Made by a program: the position numbers and the translations under genes | The notes under the pieces: model-generated | Told to the model about the DNA's origin: nothing | Seen by the model: only the letters and a program-made list of their open reading frames with translations | The model's database searches: none | In this document: piece by piece, positions 56,296-64,000 of the stretch | Layout of the letters: each line of letters opens with the position of its first letter | Numbering within the stretch: the first letter of the stretch is position 1 | NCBI GenBank assembly: GCA_944384585.1 | Contig: CALWTY010000004.1 | Coordinates: 1,563 to 65,562, forward strand | Reading direction: 5' to 3' | Origin: an uncultured Clostridia bacterium | Lineage (GTDB): Bacteria; Bacillota; Clostridia; Oscillospirales; CAG-272 | DNA: 64,000 bases

Positions 56296-56324
56296 ATTAT
56301 AACATGTTGTATGAAATTTTGCAA
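56296..56324 (-). promoter_or_regulatory. Sigma-A promoter for Re-citrate synthase
   Basis: TTGCAA-N17-TATAAT. Confidence 0.7.
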
Positions 56325-56353
56325 TAGGGTTCTTGCAATTTTTTGAAATATTT

Positions 56354-57310
56354 TTAAACAACTCCCGCCTTGATCGCGACGGCGGCGAAAAGGGCGGCAA
56401 GGAGGGAGGAAAGAAGCCTTGAAAGCAGGAAGCGGCGAAGGCGAAGCTCTCCACCCGTGACGAGCGCCGTTTGAGCCAGCACCGAAAGCCCCGACCAGCC
56501 GGAAGCGGCGGCGATGGCAATCAGCGCGGCGGCGTCTGGCAGCAGGCGTGCGGAGAGGGAGGCGCCGGAGGTCAGCTCAAGGAAGCAGGCAAGGGCGCAC
56601 TGCAGAATCGGCGGCAGAATGGACAGGGAGGAGAGATAGCCGGTCAGCACCGAAAAGAAGAGAACGGCGCCGCAGATCCCGAGGGTCGTGTCTGCGCTCA
56701 CCCGGATCGATTCGGCAAGGGCGGCAAGAGGGGCGTGTCGCTTGCGCGGGAAGCAAATCGGATCGGACGGCACTGCCGCGCGCTCCGTCCCGTTCATCAG
56801 CAAGCCGGCGCAGAGGGTGGCCGCGGCCTGCACCAGCCAGAGAAAAAGCCCCAGCCGAGCGCTGCCGAGCATTCCGCTCCCGACCCCTGCGATCATAAAG
56901 GCAGGGGAGGCAAAGGCGCTCATACACAGCGTCCTTTCGCAGTCACGGTCGGTGCAGAGCCCCCTGCTCCGGATGCCGAAAGCGACGGCAGCACCCGTCG
57001 GAAAGCCGCAGAGAAGCCCCGCGGGGACCGCCGCGACAGAGGAAGGGCTGATTCCGAGAATGCGGCCGACCGGCCGTCCGACCGCGGCGGCCAGCCATTC
57101 GGGAAACCCGACCCGCAGCAGCAGTCCGCACAGCACAAGGCAGGGGAACAGCGAAGGAATCAGCGATTTTCCGCACAGCTCAAGTCCCCGCAAAGCTGCG
57201 CGCGCGGCAAGATCCGAGGTGGCGAGAAAGAGAAAGAGGGCGGCGAGCGCCGCTGTCGGGAGAAGCAGAGCGGCAGGCCTGCGTTTGCCCGTATTCGGAA
57301 TATTGTCCAT
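56354..57310 (-). CDS. ylbJ: YlbJ-like sporulation integral membrane protein
   Basis: LCGKSLIPSLFP, GLLCGFPTGA, SPAFMI, LELTSG, GWSGLSVLAQ. Confidence 0.8.
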   Translation of the reverse strand: MDNIPNTGKRRPAALLLPTAALAALFLFLATSDLAARAALRGLELCGKSLIPSLFPCLVLCGLLLRVGFPEWLAAAVGRPVGRILGISPSSVAAVPAGLLCGFPTGAAVAFGIRSRGLCTDRDCERTLCMSAFASPAFMIAGVGSGMLGSARLGLFLWLVQAAATLCAGLLMNGTERAAVPSDPICFPRKRHAPLAALAESIRVSADTTLGICGAVLFFSVLTGYLSSLSILPPILQCALACFLELTSGASLSARLLPDAAALIAIAAASGWSGLSVLAQTALVTGGELRLRRFLLSRLLSSLLAALFAAVAIKAGVV

Positions 57311-57417
57311 GAATGTATCCCGTCCGTGATGCATATGATTTCAGCGGATAGCGCCCCGAGGGGCATATCCTCTGTTTTACTATATTTACGGTTCGGGGGA
57401 GATATGCGTTGAGAAAA

Positions 57418-57681
57418 ATGAAAAAGAAAATTGCCGAAGCGCTGGAGCTGCCGCTTTCCGCCTTCGGTCGATGCCCCGGGATTGCAATTGAGGGAAATCA
57501 TGCCGTCCGCATCGATGAGTGTGTGGAGATTCTGACCTATGACGAGGAGGAGACGGTGCTGCTGGTCAGGGGCATGACCGTTACCGTGCGGGGGCGGGAG
57601 CTGACCATGCGCTCCTACGGCGGCGGCACGATCCGCCTGACGGGGATCGTCAGCGGAGTTCTGCTGTCGGACGGGCAGTAA
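57418..57681 (+). CDS. yqfC: YabP/YqfC family sporulation protein
   Basis: Small beta-rich ORF directly upstream of yqfD; ILTYDEEE..VTVRGRELT..IRLTGIVSGV. Confidence 0.75.
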   Translation: MKKKIAEALELPLSAFGRCPGIAIEGNHAVRIDECVEILTYDEEETVLLVRGMTVTVRGRELTMRSYGGGTIRLTGIVSGVLLSDGQ

Positions 57682-57696
57682 GAGGGAGGTGGGTGA

Positions 57697-58932
57697 ATGC
57701 TGCTCTTCAGAATTCTGAATTATCTATCGGGCTATCGGGAGCTGTCCTGTTCCCCGGAGCGGGTGAGGATCGTGATCAATCGGATCGCGTCAAATCAACT
57801 GGATTATTGGGGGATGCGACGGGAGAAAGGCGGGGAGCTTCGCTTTTCGATGCTCAACCGCGAATACCGGAGATTCCGGTCGCTTGCGGAGGAGGGGGAG
57901 GGGGAGCTGCTTCGCGTCGAGCGGGAGGCGGGGCTGCCCCGTCTGATCCGACGATATCGAAAGCGGCTCGGAATCCCGATCGGACTGCTTCTCTTTCTGA
58001 TGCTCGCGAAGCTCTCGACGATGTATGTCTGGGAGGTGACGGTTTCGGGAAACGATCGCATCAGCGACGGAGAGGTGATCGAATCGCTCGGGGAACTCGG
58101 CTGCTCGGTGGGGAGCTATATTCCTTCCATCGATTTCTATTCGATCTGTCATGAATTTATCCTGTCAAACGACGAGGTGTCCTGGATCTCGGTCAATATG
58201 ATCGGCACAACGGCGCAGGTCGAGATCATCGAGCGGCGGGGGAAGGACGGGATGGAGGAGGAAGGCAACGGGACGCCGACCAATCTGATCGCGGCGCGGG
58301 AGGGCGTGGTGGTACGGGTGGAGACGGCGAGCGGGGAGACTCTTGTGAGCGCGGGAGAGACAGTCGGCAAGGGACAGCTTCTGATCAACGGCGTGGTGGG
58401 GGTAGGTCCGGAGGAGGAGGGACGCTTTGTTCTGGTGCGCTCCCGCGGGAAGGTCTATGCCGAGACGGAACGTACCCTTCAGATCGCCGTTCCGCTGAAA
58501 AGCGTCAAAAAGACCTATTCCGGCAGAGATGAACGGTACAAGTATGTAAAATTCTTCGGAAAAATCATAAAACTTAAAGAAAACAGTAGCATTTTACCCG
58601 AAGGTTGTGATATAATAGAAGATAAAAAAAGGCTTATTCTGTTTGAAGGAGATCGGATCACCGGAGGGATCGCCCTTCCCGTCAGCGTGATCACGGGATA
58701 CTGCGAGCGATACGATGAGACCGAGGTGACCCTGACGCCTGAGGAGGCGCTGGCAGAGGCGCAGCTGCGGATGGCACAGCTCTTTGCGGAACAGCTCCCC
58801 GATGCCGAGGTCCTGACAAGACGGGTCTCTTCCCGAATCCGGGAGGGGGAGGACGGCCGGGTGCTTCTTTTGGAATGGCAGCTCCGCTGTATTGAGAATA
58901 TTGCGGAGGAGGTGCCGATCGGAATAAGCTGA
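57697..58932 (+). CDS. yqfD: Sporulation protein YqfD
   Basis: GLP..RYRKR, TM segment, WISVNMIGT, NLIAAREGVV, GQLLING; followed by phoH. Confidence 0.88.
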   Translation: MLLFRILNYLSGYRELSCSPERVRIVINRIASNQLDYWGMRREKGGELRFSMLNREYRRFRSLAEEGEGELLRVEREAGLPRLIRRYRKRLGIPIGLLLFLMLAKLSTMYVWEVTVSGNDRISDGEVIESLGELGCSVGSYIPSIDFYSICHEFILSNDEVSWISVNMIGTTAQVEIIERRGKDGMEEEGNGTPTNLIAAREGVVVRVETASGETLVSAGETVGKGQLLINGVVGVGPEEEGRFVLVRSRGKVYAETERTLQIAVPLKSVKKTYSGRDERYKYVKFFGKIIKLKENSSILPEGCDIIEDKKRLILFEGDRITGGIALPVSVITGYCERYDETEVTLTPEEALAEAQLRMAQLFAEQLPDAEVLTRRVSSRIREGEDGRVLLLEWQLRCIENIAEEVPIGIS

Positions 58933-58953
58933 CAATAGCGAAAGGCATATTCT

Positions 58954-59982
58954 ATGACTGAAAAAGTGATCCTTACCGATAGCATCGAGCAGACGGCGAT
59001 CCTGTTCGGCGGCTACGACGCCAACATCCGTCTGATCGAGGAGGCGTTCGGCGTAACCGCCGCGACGAAGGACAGCGAGAGCGCCGGCGGCAACGCCGTT
59101 TCGGTGAGCGGACCCGATTCCGATCGGGTGGAGCAGGCAGCGGAGGCGCTGCTTTATCTTAAGCGCATCGCCGCCCTCAACGGCAGACTGACGGAGCGCG
59201 ACGTCGATTATGTCATCGGCATGGTGCGGGACGGAAAGAGCGCAGAGCTTGAGGGAATTGACGGCGACTGCATCTGCATCACCACCCGCGGCAAGCCGAT
59301 CAAGGCCAAGACCGTCGGACAGAAGCGCTATGTCTCGCTGATCCGCGACAATACCGTCGTGATGGGAGTCGGTCCTGCCGGAACGGGAAAAACCTTCCTT
59401 GCCGTCGCGATGGCGGTCAAGGCGCTCCGCGCCAAGCAGGTCAGCCGTATCATCCTCACACGGCCCGCCGTCGAAGCGGGAGAGAAGCTCGGCTATCTGC
59501 CCGGCGATTTGCAGAACAAGATCGATCCCTACCTGCGCCCCCTATATGACGCGCTTTTTGAGATGCTCGGCAGCGATACCTATCAGAAAAATATCGAGCG
59601 GGGGGTCATCGAGATCGCGCCGCTTGCCTATATGAGAGGACGGACGCTGGATGATTCCTTTATCATTCTCGACGAGGCGCAGAACACGACGCCGGAGCAG
59701 ATGAAGATGTTCCTCACCCGCCTCGGCTCCGGCTCCAAGGCGGTCGTCACCGGCGACATTACCCAGACCGACCTGCCGCGCGGCACAAGGAGCGGGCTTG
59801 TCGAAGCGATCAAGGTGCTTGACGGGATCGAGGATATCGCCGTACATCGCTTCACCGAGCGCGATGTTGTCCGCCACAGGCTGGTGCAGCGGATCATCAC
59901 AGCCTACGAAAAATACGACAGGGAACGGGCGGAGAAAGAGAAGAACAATGAAGGCAAAAGCTACCGTTTTCATAAAAAATGA
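58954..59982 (+). CDS. phoH: PhoH family protein
   Basis: [43 protein letters not shown]. Confidence 0.95.
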   Translation: MTEKVILTDSIEQTAILFGGYDANIRLIEEAFGVTAATKDSESAGGNAVSVSGPDSDRVEQAAEALLYLKRIAALNGRLTERDVDYVIGMVRDGKSAELEGIDGDCICITTRGKPIKAKTVGQKRYVSLIRDNTVVMGVGPAGTGKTFLAVAMAVKALRAKQVSRIILTRPAVEAGEKLGYLPGDLQNKIDPYLRPLYDALFEMLGSDTYQKNIERGVIEIAPLAYMRGRTLDDSFIILDEAQNTTPEQMKMFLTRLGSGSKAVVTGDITQTDLPRGTRSGLVEAIKVLDGIEDIAVHRFTERDVVRHRLVQRIITAYEKYDRERAEKEKNNEGKSYRFHKK

Positions 59983-60439
59983 TCAGAAGCGCAGGACGGT
60001 ATCCCCGTCAATGCGCGCCCTGATCCGAAAGGCGGTCGCCGCCGCACTGACTGCGGAGGCGTTCAGGCGCCCGGCGGAGGTGTCGGTCACCCTGACCGAC
60101 AATGCCTCGATCCATGCGCTCAACAAGGCCTACCGAGGGGTGGATCGCCCGACCGACGTGCTTTCCTTCCCGCTGTCGGAGGATGGGGAATATGATACCG
60201 ACGGGGAGGCGGCGCTGCTCGGCGATATCGTCATTTCTCTCGAAAAGACGGAGGAGCAGGCGGCGGAATACGGTCATTCCTTTGAACGGGAGCTGGCGTT
60301 TCTGACGGTCCATTCGATGCTGCATCTGCTCGGCTACGATCACGAGACCTCCCGGGAGGAGGAAAAAGAGATGTTCCGCAGGCAGGAGGAGATCCTGATC
60401 TCCCTCGGCCTCGGCAGGGAACCCGATACCACAGAATAA
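59948..60439 (+). CDS. ybeY: rRNA maturation endoribonuclease YbeY
   Basis: PTDVLSFP, LGDIVIS, HSMLHLLGYDH. Confidence 0.95.
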   Translation: MKAKATVFIKNDQKRRTVSPSMRALIRKAVAAALTAEAFRRPAEVSVTLTDNASIHALNKAYRGVDRPTDVLSFPLSEDGEYDTDGEAALLGDIVISLEKTEEQAAEYGHSFERELAFLTVHSMLHLLGYDHETSREEEKEMFRRQEEILISLGLGREPDTTE

Positions 60440-60450
60440 AGGACGGAAAC

Positions 60451-61338
60451 ATGAAAACAGGATTCATTGCCATACTCGGAAGACCGAACGTGGGGAAATC
60501 CACGCTTCTCAACGCCATGCTCGGCGAGAAGATTGCCATTGTCTCAAACAAGCCCCAGACCACAAGAACAAGGATCACCGGCGTACTCACCCAAGGGGAG
60601 GATCAGTTCGTCTTCCTCGATACGCCCGGTCTGATCCGTGCCCGCAACAAGCTGGGGGATTTCATGGTGAAAACGATCTCCAATACCATCGGAGAGGTGG
60701 ACGCCTGCCTTGTCGTCGTGGAGGCGGGGGTAAAGCCCGGCGCCACCGATCTCAATATTATCAAAAGGATCGCCGCAAAGCAGCTTCCCGCGATCCTTGT
60801 GATCAATAAGATCGACCGTGTCGGCGGGGAGTCGGTCGGACAAACCATCCTCGACTACAAGGATCTCTATGATTTTGCCGCGGTCGTGCCGATCGCCGCC
60901 GTCAACGGCAGGGGAGTGCCCGACGTGATCGCAGAGGCGGGACAGTTTTTAAAGGAAGGAACATGGTTTTTCTCGGAGGACGACATTACCGATCAGCCGG
61001 AGCGTCAGATCGCTGCCGAGATCATCCGGGAAAAGCTGCTCCGCACCCTCGACGACGAGATTCCGCACGGAACGGCCGTCGTGATCGAAGATTTCAGCGA
61101 GACGGAACGCCTGCTCTCGATCCGTGCCGAGATCTTCTGCGAGCGGGAATCGCACAAGCGGATCATCATCGGCAAGCACGGCGAGCAGCTCAAGAAGATC
61201 GGTACTTACGCACGGGAGGATATGGAGTCTTTCTTCGGAATGAAGGTCTATCTGAACCTTTGGGTGAAGGTCAAGGAAAATTGGCGTGACGACACCGTTT
61301 ATCTGAACAATTTCGGCTTCAATAAGGACAGGCTCTGA
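60451..61338 (+). CDS. era: GTPase Era
   Basis: GRPNVGKST, PQTTR, DTPG, NKID, KH domain. Confidence 0.97.
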   Translation: MKTGFIAILGRPNVGKSTLLNAMLGEKIAIVSNKPQTTRTRITGVLTQGEDQFVFLDTPGLIRARNKLGDFMVKTISNTIGEVDACLVVVEAGVKPGATDLNIIKRIAAKQLPAILVINKIDRVGGESVGQTILDYKDLYDFAAVVPIAAVNGRGVPDVIAEAGQFLKEGTWFFSEDDITDQPERQIAAEIIREKLLRTLDDEIPHGTAVVIEDFSETERLLSIRAEIFCERESHKRIIIGKHGEQLKKIGTYAREDMESFFGMKVYLNLWVKVKENWRDDTVYLNNFGFNKDRL

Positions 61339-61359
61339 GCCGGCTGCGGAGGTGGCGCG

Positions 61360-62148
61360 ATGACGATGCTGACTTTCCCGGCGCTTGTGATCCGGGAATG
61401 TGACTATGCCGAGAACGATAAGCTGATCACCCTTCTGACTGCGGAACGGGGCAAGATCACCGTCTGCGCCAAGGGCGCGAAGAGTCTCCGCAACAAGGAT
61501 ATGGCCTGCTCCCAGCTCCTCTGCTACAGCGAATTCACCGTCAGGGAGCGAGGGGGCTACTACACGCTTTCGGAGGCCTCGCTGATCCGACAGTTTTTCG
61601 GGTTGGGGCGGAGTCTTGAGCGAAACGCCGTCGGCTCGTATGTGGCGGAGGTGACGGCAGAGGTCTGCGTGGAAAACAGCGACGAGAGCGAGATGCTGTC
61701 CCTTGCCCTCAACACCCTGCATATGCTCTCCGAGACCGATCGGGAGCCCGATCTGATCAAGGCGGTCTTCGAGCTTCGCTGCGCGGCCGTTACGGGCTTC
61801 TGCCCCGAGCTTTCCGGCTGCGCGATCTGCGGCAAAGAGGACGGAAGGAGCTATCTTGACGTGATGAACGGGCGGCTGGTCTGCAGCGCGTGCTTCAACC
61901 CCGAACCGGGGGAGGCGGGCGCGGAGGAGCTGGCGACGGCAAGGATCATACTCCCGCTCACGGAGGGGCTGCTCAACGCCATGCGATATGTTGTCTCCTG
62001 TCCGCCGAAGCGCATCTTCTCCTTTTCGGTTGCGGAGGAGGAGCGGGAGGATTTTAGCCGGGTCTGCGAGAAATATCTGATCAATCAGCTTGAGAGAAGC
62101 TTCCCGACCCTGGAATTTTATCACAGGATCAAGGCCATGTCGCTCTGA
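61360..62148 (+). CDS. recO: DNA repair protein RecO
   Basis: YAENDKLITLLT..GKI..AKGAK; Zn finger CAICG..CSAC; after era. Confidence 0.93.
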   Translation: MTMLTFPALVIRECDYAENDKLITLLTAERGKITVCAKGAKSLRNKDMACSQLLCYSEFTVRERGGYYTLSEASLIRQFFGLGRSLERNAVGSYVAEVTAEVCVENSDESEMLSLALNTLHMLSETDREPDLIKAVFELRCAAVTGFCPELSGCAICGKEDGRSYLDVMNGRLVCSACFNPEPGEAGAEELATARIILPLTEGLLNAMRYVVSCPPKRIFSFSVAEEEREDFSRVCEKYLINQLERSFPTLEFYHRIKAMSL

Positions 62149-62197
62149 ACGGATGCGTTCGGCAGCCGCGGGAGGCGACGGACAGAAAGGATATAAC

Positions 62198-64000
62198 GTG
62201 AATACAACCTATTTCGGAAAGGCAATCCGGACGCTGGAATTCGATAAGATCGCCGCGCTGCTGGCCGACTGCGCCCCGACGGAGGGCGGAAAGGCGCTGG
62301 CGCTGCGCATTGTGCCGGACTGCGATATTCCGACGATACGCAAAAAACTGATGCAGACGGGGGAGGCGAGGCGGCTGCTGACCGCCAAGGGAATGCCGTC
62401 CTTCGGGCAGGTCAAGGATATCACCGAATCCGTCGATCGGGCGGAGAAGGGGGCTTCGATGACCCCCGCAGAGCTGCTTGCGGTCGCGTCGCTGCTCTGT
62501 TCGACAAGGCGGGTCTCCGATTATTTCTTCGGAGACCGACGGGAGGGCGACGTGGGAGAGGGACTGAGGGAGCTGTTTTCCCGACTGATCCCCGACCGCC
62601 CGCTTGAGATGAGGATCACCCGCGCCATCCCGGCGGAGGATATGATCGCCGATGAGGCGAGCCCCGCGCTCGCTGATATCCGCAGGCGGATCAGAGCAGA
62701 GAATAACCGCATCAAGGACAGCCTGCAGCGGTATCTCGGCGGCGCATATGCCAAATACCTGCAGGAAAATATCGTAACGCTGCGGAACGGGCGCTATGTC
62801 GTGCCGGTCAAGGCGGAATACAAAAACGAGATCAAAGGGCTTGTCCATGATACCTCGGCTTCCGGCGCGACCTTCTTTATCGAGCCGCTGGCGGTTGTCG
62901 ATGCGAACAACGAGCTGAAGGCGCTGGAAAAACGGGAGCAGCAGGAGATCGAGCGAATTCTTGCCGAGCTTTCGGCGGAGTGCGCGGCCTGCGGCAGCTC
63001 CCTGATCGCGAATTATCACAACCTCACCGAGCTGTCGTTCCTTTTCGCCAAGGGGGAATTTTCCTGCCGCATCGAGGGAACTGAACCGATGATCAATGAG
63101 GAGCGCCGCCTTCTGCTGAAGAAGGCGCGGCATCCGCTGATTGATCGGAAGAAGGTTGTCCCGGTGACGATCGCGCTGGGAGAAAGCTACGATACGATGG
63201 TCATCACCGGCCCGAATACCGGCGGCAAAACGGTCACGCTGAAGACGCTGGGACTGATGGCGATGATGGCGCAGGCGGGACTTCATGTACCCTGCGCCGA
63301 GGGCTCTGAACTATGTGTCTTCGATTCGGTCCTTGCCGATATCGGAGACGAGCAGAGTATCGAGCAGTCGCTTTCGACTTTTTCCGCCCATATGGTGAAT
63401 ATCGTCGGGATTTTGTCGAGACTGACCGACAGAAGCCTTGTGCTGTTTGACGAGCTGGGAGCGGGAACCGATCCGACCGAGGGGGCGGCGCTGGCGATGG
63501 CGATCATCGAAAAGGTGCGTACCTACGGGGCGCTCTGCGCGGCAACCACACACTATGCCGAGATCAAGGAATACGCACTTCAGACCGAGGGCGTGATCAA
63601 CGCCTCCTGCGAATTCGATGTCAGCACGCTGAAGCCCACCTATCGGCTGATCATCGGCGCGCCGGGCAAATCCAACGCCTTTGCCATTTCCGCCAAGCTG
63701 GGGCTCGGGCAGGACGTCATCGAGGCGGCCAAGGCACGCATCTCCTCCGAAAGCCGCCGCTTCGAGCAGGTCATCGAGGAGCTTGAGAAAAACCGCCTTG
63801 AAGCGGAACGGGAGCGCGACCGGGCGCTGAAGGAGAGACGGGACTACGAGGCCTTCCGCAATGCCGAGGAGCAGAAGCTGCGGAGGCGGGCGGAGCAGGC
63901 CGAAAGGGAGCTGGAGAAGGCGCAGGAACGGGCGAATCAGATCGTGGTAAGCGCCAAGGCGACGAGCGATTATGTGCTGCAGCAGCTTGAGGAGCTGAAA
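62198..64000 (+). CDS. mutS2: Endonuclease MutS2, 3' end outside the window (absent from the ORF track)
   Basis: GTG start after AGAAAGGA; TLEFDKI, GPNTGGKTVTLKT, DIGDEQSIEQSLSTFSAHM, DELGAGTDPTEG, TTHY, NASCEFD. Confidence 0.95.
   Translation, partial: MNTTYFGKAIRTLEFDKIAALLADCAPTEGGKALALRIVPDCDIPTIRKKLMQTGEARRLLTAKGMPSFGQVKDITESVDRAEKGASMTPAELLAVASLLCSTRRVSDYFFGDRREGDVGEGLRELFSRLIPDRPLEMRITRAIPAEDMIADEASPALADIRRRIRAENNRIKDSLQRYLGGAYAKYLQENIVTLRNGRYVVPVKAEYKNEIKGLVHDTSASGATFFIEPLAVVDANNELKALEKREQQEIERILAELSAECAACGSSLIANYHNLTELSFLFAKGEFSCRIEGTEPMINEERRLLLKKARHPLIDRKKVVPVTIALGESYDTMVITGPNTGGKTVTLKTLGLMAMMAQAGLHVPCAEGSELCVFDSVLADIGDEQSIEQSLSTFSAHMVNIVGILSRLTDRSLVLFDELGAGTDPTEGAALAMAIIEKVRTYGALCAATTHYAEIKEYALQTEGVINASCEFDVSTLKPTYRLIIGAPGKSNAFAISAKLGLGQDVIEAAKARISSESRRFEQVIEELEKNRLEAERERDRALKERRDYEAFRNAEEQKLRRRAEQAERELEKAQERANQIVVSAKATSDYVLQQLEELK

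Noticed and set aside
56307-56324. Possible Rex box TTGTATGAAATTTTGCAA over the Re-citrate synthase -35
   Set aside because: Correct 18-bp length but only about 9 of 14 consensus positions match in AT-rich promoter DNA; too weak without conservation data
57335-57408. Sigma-E/F/G promoters for divergent ylbJ and yqfCD
   Set aside because: ATA...ATA elements are present, but the 14-nt spacing does not fit the consensus I know, so I cannot call them
1-64000. rRNA, tRNA, prophage or intact IS
   Set aside because: No cloverleaf or rRNA signatures, phage structural genes or transposase ORFs were seen

Overview
A 64-kb, GC-rich (about 60% by eye) chromosomal segment from a spore-forming Clostridia-type Firmicute (PolC, ylbJ/yqfC/yqfD/tepA, T-box, Re-citrate synthase). 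Most of it is housekeeping: valS with a T-box, pyrH-frr-uppS-cdsA-dxr-rseP-ispG-polC, nifS-nifU-mnmA, a type II fatty-acid synthesis operon, and phoH-ybeY-era-recO-mutS2. I found no rRNA, tRNA, CRISPR array or intact mobile element. Two candidate undescribed systems stand out. (1) The fab operon has no fabT or fabH and ends in a short/branched-chain acyl-CoA ligase followed by a PAS + SARP-type winged-helix regulator. Its promoter has four GGAAC-containing heptamers at exact 11-bp period, ending 8 bp before TATAAT, which is the geometry known for SARP activators. (2) A six-gene Dlt-like envelope acylation operon encodes an Ig-like + transglutaminase protein, a non-DltA adenylation enzyme, a carrier protein, an MBOAT ending in a fused DltX-like FIYTQF motif, an SGNH/DltD-like enzyme with Cys at the nucleophile position, and a lipoprotein. 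The first 2.4 kb look decayed: an AT-rich, internally deleted kinase-like remnant, a 66-bp IS3-like end fusion, and a doubly frameshifted DUF2812 gene. All family assignments are by-eye motif recognition, not database searches.
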